A stretch of DNA of 64,000 nt, taken from Mayamaea pseudoterrestris. Lineage: Eukaryota. This document shows positions 57,196 through 64,000 of the stretch, one piece after another. Location of the stretch: assembly GCA_027923505.1 (NCBI GenBank), contig BROI01000010.1, forward strand, positions 620,001 through 684,000. The letters run 5' to 3'. Below the pieces are notes generated by a model. The model did no database searches and was not told the origin of the DNA. It saw nothing but the letters and a program-made list of their open reading frames with translations. Position 1 is the first letter of the stretch. Every line of letters begins with the position of its first letter. Made by a program: the position numbers and the translations under genes.

Positions 57196-60100
57196 TTACT
57201 CTATTCGCTCCATCTCTCCTAGTCCTCCTACTGAATCTACCTCATTGTCGAGATAGTCAGTATCTTCAGCGGCTTGAAGACGCTGCTTGCTAAGGTCCCT
57301 GTTCCGCATGAGTCGCGCCTTCTGCTTGGCTGCCCAATCGTCAGCATCTTTGCTCAGTAACGCGATACGCTCCGGTGGCAGCAATATTTTAACATCGCGA
57401 TGAAGTTGTAGTAACCTGTTTGTCATTTCACCAAGCTCAGTCGCGTCCTTGAAATTGCCTGCAACGCTGTCACCCAAGGAGCCGACAACATTCTCAACGA
57501 CTTGGACAAAAGGTCGTACATCCAGTGTCGGCATCACATCAATTAGCTTTCCCAGTAACATCGTTCGTTCCTGAGCCGTTTCCATGCGCAGTACATACAT
57601 TATGTGATCCACATAGCGGCTAACGCCCTTTGTCAACTCAGCGTAAACGCCTTGCTGCACAATCTGCAAAACAAATAACCACTGATTGTGTGCAGGGTCG
57701 TCTAGCACACCGGAACGTGCCAAACGGCCTTCTTCTTCGACAACAGCGTACTTCAAGTAGGCAACAAAGGAGTCGTCGAACAAGGGGCGCATTTCACGAA
57801 CGGCATCCGTTAATGCAATTGATGTTTCATCTTCTGTCACATGCGAGGGATCCATAGCAACCTTGCATATTGATCTAACCACCTCCAAGTGAGATGTTTC
57901 GAGCTGTGCACCTAGCGCCCTGGTCTCTTTCAGAAGAAGCTGCGCATATCTTATGAGGTTCCCAATAATCTGCCTTTCGCGCTCGTGCACTTGCTCAAGC
58001 GATTCGTCGTCTCGCCGGAGTGCACTTAGGTCGCGATCGGCCATGTCATTCAATCGCTCTCGCACCAAATGCGGAAAGTAGTCCGACAAAAATAATTCTT
58101 TATAGTTCGAAGCAACGACCTTAAAACGTTCCTCTGGCTGCGCCCAAAGCTCGTTTATGACAACTTGAAGCCTGGACCTTTCCGATTCAATCACCAAGGG
58201 ATCTGCGATAAGGCCAATCTCCACAGCTTCATCGAAGACAATCTGGAGATTTCGGACTTGCTTTGCTGTTAATTCTCGTGTGCCAATAAAATATTTTGAG
58301 TCCCGCTGTTGTAATTTGAATAAGACTTCGGCAGCAAACTGAGCATTGCTCACTGCAAATTGCAGATCAGAAGGCAACTTTATGTCGCTTGAACCCGATA
58401 ACGCTCCTGGCCAGTTCACCGCAATTTCCGGATCAACATTGGGGTTGTAGAGTTCTGGACCAGAAAATACATCAAAGATTGGATTTGTGCGCGGTCCATC
58501 CATCGCTTCGCTTGGCGATTTGTTGATGCGCGCTGCTAGCTCCACTAAGTCTTCATCCAGATTTCTTGCATAATATGACCCGCCAGACATGTCGGCGGCA
58601 ATGACATCATCCACGCGTTTTTCATCCGCTGAAGTAAGCTTGCGCTCCTGTTTGATGGTGGTAATCATATTTTCCGCCATCCTTTCGCCTGCTTCAAACA
58701 TCAGTCGAAGCAATTCCTCATCCGACGACGTCTCTACAGTCTCCGAGTATGGTTTTTCAGAAACACGAGTGGACAAAATCTCTTCTCGTTGCTGGTGCTG
58801 CTCTCGTAGCAATTCTTTGGCTTTTTCAAAAGCACCAGTGGCGAAGAATTTTTCCTGCTGGTCTCCAAATTGCATGACGTTCTGCAAGAGCTCTTCGGGC
58901 GAAATATCTTTACCAGACATTTCACCCAACGCTTCTTCTGCTGTACGCTGTATTTCGGCGTTAACTAAATTGTTTTTATGCAACAAAGTGTCTGGTGAGA
59001 GGAGCCCATGTTCTACAAATGTTGCATCTACAGGCACGGGTGCTGCAGTAACGTCCGTCAAAGGTCTACCCTTGTTCATAAGCGCAATCTCTTTTTGTGT
59101 TTGCAAAGTTTTCTGTTTCCGTCGGGCAGCGAATTCTGTCGGCTTCGAAATAGATATAAAACGACTATCATACATCGCTGGTGGCCGACGGGAAGACCAG
59201 TTCATCATTTCCTGGTCTCCTTCCACTGACGAAGGATTATCTGACGTTGACGGCCGCTCCCCTAATGTGCTTGCGCCGACATTCAAATTTGATGTTGTTT
59301 TTTGCGTCATCGTATCAGTTTTAGCCTCGCTTTTAGTTGCTCGCGAATCATCGAGTTTCTTTTTGGCCGCAGCCCGTTTCGCTGCTTCCACAGCAAAATC
59401 ATTAGGTTCCGGAGATGAAAGTCTCGTCACCGCTTTCTTGGCGGCTTGGACGGCAAAATCACAGTTCGACTCTTTCGGAGCTGGAGAGACGTTTGTGTCG
59501 TTTGGAGGAGACGCCTCACCTATGTCCGCGTGAATTGATTTTTCTAGATTTGATGTAGCATCAGCTTCAACCGGATATTCTGATCTATCACCGTTCTCAA
59601 TATCATCCAGTATCTCCACCAACATGGCTTGCTCCGTCTCGCGTTGATTGCGGATGGTTTTTGTTTTTCGTGTCGCGTAATCGAGCACAAAGTTCTGCAG
59701 TGACCGTTCCAATCGTTTCAGTATGCTCTTTTCGCAATCTTCGAATAGGTTCTTGACCATGACAGGCATGCTGGAGGCTGTTAAGCCTCTCTTTTGGACA
59801 ACAACCATGGCCATGGGAAAAGCAGCAGTGGAAGCACAAAATGAAGCTGCTGCTTGCAGTGACTCGTCGTTTTGATAAGAGGAAGAAATGGCAACGATTT
59901 GTACCTTCAAGCATGTAGCGTCTGGACTTGGCGAAAGTGGAGAATCCCATTGAACAATATTTGGATCGTCATGGTAATTGCTATCGTTTTTTGCTGCTGC
60001 CTCGTAAATCATGGGCATGTCTGACGGAAGTTCAAACGCTTGCAAATGTTCGACGAGCAAGGACAAGAAGTCATCGTCAAGCGACTTGAGTACCTTTTGA

Positions 60101-60429
60101 TAAATAACCTTGTCTTTGGGTTGTACTACAGTCTTTTGTCGAATTTGTGAGGTCGCAGAGAGGAACCGTCTTGTAGCAGAAGCATTCTGTCGACAACCTC
60201 TTGAAAGGAGCGTTTTTCGGATCCATATTCGATCAGTTCTCCCTTGCAAAGGCGAAAATCCCGCCACCCATCCCTGCAGGCTGCATGGAAATATAGTCAC
60301 GCAGATACAGAAAAGGGTCAAGCAATTGTTGCGGCACGCCATGGTAGATGCGATGGATGATGGATTTGTTCCGTCGAATGATTCAAATCTGGATGGCGAT
60401 GGAGTCAGTCGTGCCAGAGTCACGATCAT
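57196..60429 (-). CDS. Large hypothetical protein, probably plastid-targeted; start likely at the internal MACRNN
   Basis: 1077-codon ORF with signal-peptide-like segment ending VAG|F and a helical C-terminal half. Confidence 0.6.
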   Translation of the reverse strand: MIVTLARLTPSPSRFESFDGTNPSSIASTMACRNNCLTLFCICVTIFPCSLQGWVAGFSPLQGRTDRIWIRKTLLSRGCRQNASATRRFLSATSQIRQKTVVQPKDKVIYQKVLKSLDDDFLSLLVEHLQAFELPSDMPMIYEAAAKNDSNYHDDPNIVQWDSPLSPSPDATCLKVQIVAISSSYQNDESLQAAASFCASTAAFPMAMVVVQKRGLTASSMPVMVKNLFEDCEKSILKRLERSLQNFVLDYATRKTKTIRNQRETEQAMLVEILDDIENGDRSEYPVEADATSNLEKSIHADIGEASPPNDTNVSPAPKESNCDFAVQAAKKAVTRLSSPEPNDFAVEAAKRAAAKKKLDDSRATKSEAKTDTMTQKTTSNLNVGASTLGERPSTSDNPSSVEGDQEMMNWSSRRPPAMYDSRFISISKPTEFAARRKQKTLQTQKEIALMNKGRPLTDVTAAPVPVDATFVEHGLLSPDTLLHKNNLVNAEIQRTAEEALGEMSGKDISPEELLQNVMQFGDQQEKFFATGAFEKAKELLREQHQQREEILSTRVSEKPYSETVETSSDEELLRLMFEAGERMAENMITTIKQERKLTSADEKRVDDVIAADMSGGSYYARNLDEDLVELAARINKSPSEAMDGPRTNPIFDVFSGPELYNPNVDPEIAVNWPGALSGSSDIKLPSDLQFAVSNAQFAAEVLFKLQQRDSKYFIGTRELTAKQVRNLQIVFDEAVEIGLIADPLVIESERSRLQVVINELWAQPEERFKVVASNYKELFLSDYFPHLVRERLNDMADRDLSALRRDDESLEQVHERERQIIGNLIRYAQLLLKETRALGAQLETSHLEVVRSICKVAMDPSHVTEDETSIALTDAVREMRPLFDDSFVAYLKYAVVEEEGRLARSGVLDDPAHNQWLFVLQIVQQGVYAELTKGVSRYVDHIMYVLRMETAQERTMLLGKLIDVMPTLDVRPFVQVVENVVGSLGDSVAGNFKDATELGEMTNRLLQLHRDVKILLPPERIALLSKDADDWAAKQKARLMRNRDLSKQRLQAAEDTDYLDNEVDSVGGLGEMERIE

Positions 60430-60501
60430 GCCGTCAGCAACTTCGTCATTATTCTATGTACGTTAACGAAAAAACACCAACAAGTCGCTACTGTAAATAT
60501 A

Positions 60502-61230
60502 CTAGTCATTCTCATTATCAAACTCCACCTTGAATGAACCTCGATGTACCTTTACTGCATTGACTCCGGCTCCGCCCGAGGCCAATTCCGCCGGCATTTC
60601 GACATCGTCTTGACGGAGCACCCCGCAATAGCCAAGAACATACTCCAACGCTTGCGTAGAGAATTCGGATGACCCTCCCAATTCATCAAAGCCTTTAATA
60701 TGATGAATCGATTTGCGGTCTTTGATCAATACCAGCGTAGGCATGATATGTATGCCAAGCTTCTCCACCAAGTAACTTGCCGGCCCGCCATCAGGTCCAT
60801 CGCAACCATCCACATTGACTTTGCAAAATCGGGTCTCCACATGTTGTTTAGCAAGTCTGTCCAAATGTGCGTGAAATACGTCGCAGTGGCGTGAACTTGG
60901 TCGGTAAAAGTGCACCACCATGTTTCGGCTCGACTTGGATGCTTCAAAGAATGCCTTAGCCACGTCTCGCGACACTTGTCCACCACCTCCTAGTTCTTCA
61001 TAACGTCCATGTCCAGAAGCTAGCCATTGCTGTCGTTGTGATTGCTCCTGCTGAAGTTCCCGAAGTCGCTTCGCACGAATGGCGTCCAAGGCTTGGTCAT
61101 CATTCAAAAGAGCATCGTACTGCGAAATTTCCTCCTCGAGTGCTCGCTCCTGGGCTTGCGCTGTTAATAGAATTGCCTTGGCAGCTGCATCTCCGACAGA
61201 TTGATTTGCACCGCCGTATCCAAGATCCAT
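60502..61230 (-). CDS. Phosducin-like / thioredoxin-domain-containing protein 9 homolog
   Basis: WLASGHGRYEEL, VVHFY, HVETRFCKVN, YLVEKLGIHIMPTL, GFDELGG. Confidence 0.9.
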   Translation of the reverse strand: MDLGYGGANQSVGDAAAKAILLTAQAQERALEEEISQYDALLNDDQALDAIRAKRLRELQQEQSQRQQWLASGHGRYEELGGGGQVSRDVAKAFFEASKSSRNMVVHFYRPSSRHCDVFHAHLDRLAKQHVETRFCKVNVDGCDGPDGGPASYLVEKLGIHIMPTLVLIKDRKSIHHIKGFDELGGSSEFSTQALEYVLGYCGVLRQDDVEMPAELASGGAGVNAVKVHRGSFKVEFDNEND

Positions 61231-61368
61231 CTTGGTAGTAAATGAGAATGAGAAACAAAGGAAGACAGCGCGAGATTGATCTGGAATCAGGATGGTGCAA
61301 TGGTTGCGCGCGCCTGCGCGGGGCTTTCATTACCTGGCAGTGAATGGCGACATGCAGCCAGCACGATA

Positions 61369-61585
61369 TGTCACAAGGCAATAGTATAAAACAAGTGCCA
61401 GTGTCAATCACTTAAAAAGGCAATATTGTGAAACGAGTGCCAGTGTCAATTACGTCATAAGGCAATATTGTGAAACGAGAGCCAGTGTCAATTACGTCAT
61501 AAGGCAATATTGTGAAACGAGTGCCAGTGTCAATTACGTCATATGGCAATAGTTCGAAACGAGTGCCAGTGTCAATTACGTCACA
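61369..61585. repeat. 42-bp tandem array 2 (5 units + partial), same family as array 1
   Basis: Consensus CGTCATAAGGCAATATTGTGAAACGAGTGCCAGTGTCAATTA; units start at 61369, 61411, 61453, 61495, 61537. Confidence 0.95.
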
Positions 61586-61674
61586 GTATGCCTCCCAAAG
61601 TGCAAGCATCCGTAGTAAATGGACGTCGAACTGACCATGACAATGATCCTTTTTGACGGCGACATGAAGCGAGC

Positions 61675-63741
61675 ATGAACTTGCGGTTAACGAAGACATC
61701 TAGTGGCCGAAACGCTAAGCCATTGTTGCCCCAGCAGGCTAAAATTTTTAGCAGAAAAGCCGACGAAAAAGACTTGGAGAGTGACGTACCGGTAGGAATC
61801 AGGATTGCAGCAGACGCATCGTCAAGTGGCATGGGCAACACGTCCCTAAAAGCGTGTTGCGAAGCAGAGGAGAGGATTATAAGTGATTCTTTTCTGTTTG
61901 AACCCCATGCAAACGGAGGAAGTACGCAAGTTGTTTGTCATGAAAGTAGTGGCGACCACGTGAACGATGTGTCGAGGTCGCAACCGGAACACCATCAGCA
62001 GGAAGACTTGAGCGGAGCTTCTTGTTGCAAAGCAACTTTTACATCTCCGACAACCCGCCACAAGAAAAGCCTATGTCGACAATCCAGCAAGCAAATGAAC
62101 GAAACTGTTCGCGCGACAGTGACTCGTTTACTCAAGGCGTTAAAATGCTTTTTCTTTCCAAAATTAGCGGATGATATTTTGGCTGCGAGAAGTAACTCTG
62201 CAGTGACTATGGTGCGAGCTGGCATTTTGCTTCATGGCTGTTCGGATGAAACTGAACATTACGCCAAAATTAAGGAGTCTGTTGAGTTGGTGAAAGATTT
62301 GCGCGGCGAGGAAGGCCTGCGAGCTTTAGGCTTCGAGTACCGAATGCTGCCATGCGCCAACCATGCACCTACGGACCGTTGCGACGAAGACGACGACGAA
62401 GACGAATGCAATGATTTTATTGATCACGAGGATGGCCAATGTCTGGTGGATGTCGTGTATGAGCAACAGCCCGTCGGCCAACCAAAGCAGGTTGAACGAG
62501 GGTCCGAAGCGTCATTCCTGCACGAGGCGAAGGAAGATCTGGTCCAGTTAAATGACAAGTCCTCGGACGTAGTCACTACCGATCAAGCATCTGACAATCC
62601 ATATTTGTACTCGATGCAGCCATTTTCATACTCTGAATCGTTGCGGAGTGTTGTAACGGACACATGTGACGTTGACGACCTTTTGGACGAGCCAGTATCC
62701 GCTTTTTCCTCAGGACCCAAGTGCATGCTATGCATGCGCCGGCTGTACCACATTGCCACGGATACATTGGTAACACTCGCAAATCGAAAGGTTTTTATCG
62801 CAGACGGCAACATGTACGAATCAGTGGCTCGCTTGTGCCAGGAAAATGCCATCGACGCCATGTGCCATGAAGCAAAACTGGAATGGCTAGACGTGGATAT
62901 ACGCGACGCGAACGGGCCAGGTGGATCTCAAGACGAAAATCTTCGAGTCCTTGTTAACGCAACTCATCCATGTCTGCATCTACAAGCAAGTGATGATGGC
63001 GCACGTGATGCTATGGCTGGCAGGCCATCCCTTTTGATTGCAACGGGCCGAGGCAAGGTTCGGGCTGGAGTATTCAGCCGGGAGCACTTGATGGGATCAG
63101 GCATGGAACTAGCCACGGCACTGCCTATGGTTCGCGAAGCCATGAGGCGCAATATGAATGTCATTATTGTCGATCATAACGTGTGCGGAGAAGTTAATGG
63201 GTTCGCTAACTTCAAAAAGACGATGGACGCGATTGCCAATCGATTAGCAGAAGGCACAACCGGTATGGAGCTCTCGGATCAAGGATTATCTTATCATGCC
63301 TTATATGTCGTGGCTCATTCGGCGTCGGGTGGTCACCTTTGCCGGTATCTCCTTGAGAAACAGACACACTATTTGCCGCGCATTCAAGCCATTGCTTTCA
63401 CCGACTCAACGCACAATATCCAGTGGTGCAAGCGAAAGAGACTAACAGAACTAACTAACTTGCTGGAGTCCAAGAAATGTGTCTACTTTCGCAGTTCCAA
63501 GGCTCGAGAGCAGGATGACAATAGCTTGTGGTATCTCCATCGTTCCGGGGAACCGATTCAAACGGACGAATTCTGGCAGCACCGATTTGGAACAGTCAAT
63601 ACATACTGGGCGGGAACAAACGAGCACTCGCTTACCAATTGGTATGCGCATGTCAAGATTTGGCATCATTTCGACGACATGTTGCGCGAGGCGAGCGCTG
63701 AAAATATGATTCCCAACAGCCGCAATATCCTTCTGGACTAA
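61675..63741 (+). CDS. Arb2/FAM172-like alpha/beta-hydrolase-fold protein
   Basis: GRGKVRAGVFSR, VVAHSASGG, AIAFTDSTH, AGTNEHSLTN. Confidence 0.75.
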   Translation: MNLRLTKTSSGRNAKPLLPQQAKIFSRKADEKDLESDVPVGIRIAADASSSGMGNTSLKACCEAEERIISDSFLFEPHANGGSTQVVCHESSGDHVNDVSRSQPEHHQQEDLSGASCCKATFTSPTTRHKKSLCRQSSKQMNETVRATVTRLLKALKCFFFPKLADDILAARSNSAVTMVRAGILLHGCSDETEHYAKIKESVELVKDLRGEEGLRALGFEYRMLPCANHAPTDRCDEDDDEDECNDFIDHEDGQCLVDVVYEQQPVGQPKQVERGSEASFLHEAKEDLVQLNDKSSDVVTTDQASDNPYLYSMQPFSYSESLRSVVTDTCDVDDLLDEPVSAFSSGPKCMLCMRRLYHIATDTLVTLANRKVFIADGNMYESVARLCQENAIDAMCHEAKLEWLDVDIRDANGPGGSQDENLRVLVNATHPCLHLQASDDGARDAMAGRPSLLIATGRGKVRAGVFSREHLMGSGMELATALPMVREAMRRNMNVIIVDHNVCGEVNGFANFKKTMDAIANRLAEGTTGMELSDQGLSYHALYVVAHSASGGHLCRYLLEKQTHYLPRIQAIAFTDSTHNIQWCKRKRLTELTNLLESKKCVYFRSSKAREQDDNSLWYLHRSGEPIQTDEFWQHRFGTVNTYWAGTNEHSLTNWYAHVKIWHHFDDMLREASAENMIPNSRNILLD

Positions 63742-64000
63742 GAGTGAGCGCGAAAGCAAGGATGACTTTATCATGCAAAAGAGTACTGTATGTAAACTAT
63801 CTTCTGTTCGACTGTCTTTGAGGTCTGCGTTATTCGACAAAGACTCTTCCGCCCCATTCATTTTTCGTCGTTCCGTCATGCAGGCGGGCGTTTTTGGGTT
63901 ACAAGGCACAGTTACTTATCATGTTCACTCAACAATAACAACAATATATATGTTTAAACTTTATTCGCTGGCATAATAGATGACTCATCTACGAGTTCTC

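Noticed and set aside
58589..59533. 314-aa plus-strand ORF
   Set aside because: Antisense shadow of the 1077-aa gene.
53284..61585. 42-bp arrays as CRISPR or TIGR-like guide arrays
   Set aside because: The variable parts are point variants of one consensus, not unique spacers. No cas or other effector gene is recognisable nearby, and the context is eukaryotic.

Overview
Gene-dense eukaryotic nuclear DNA, almost certainly from a diatom. Evidence: an Lhcf light-harvesting gene, bipartite 'AF'-type plastid presequences, short GT-AG introns and compact intergenic spacers. About 26 host genes can be supported. The dominant feature is a 15-kb insertion (29954-44939) between the divergent START-domain and RRP7 genes. 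It is a tyrosine-recombinase retrotransposon of the split-direct-repeat (Ngaro/PAT-like) type: A1 - gag with CCCH finger - extra ORF - RT/RNaseH - YR - B1 - A2 - spacer - B2, on the minus strand. It is present as an apparently identical 7400-bp tandem dimer with an odd A1|A2 junction, and the recombinase ORF is interrupted identically in both copies. Other notable items: two arrays of one 42-bp repeat family, each sitting in a divergent promoter and bracketed by a related 13-bp motif; an intron-split cysteine desulfurase-TtcA fusion gene; and several enzymes with non-canonical catalytic motifs. All family calls come from motif recognition by eye, not database searches.
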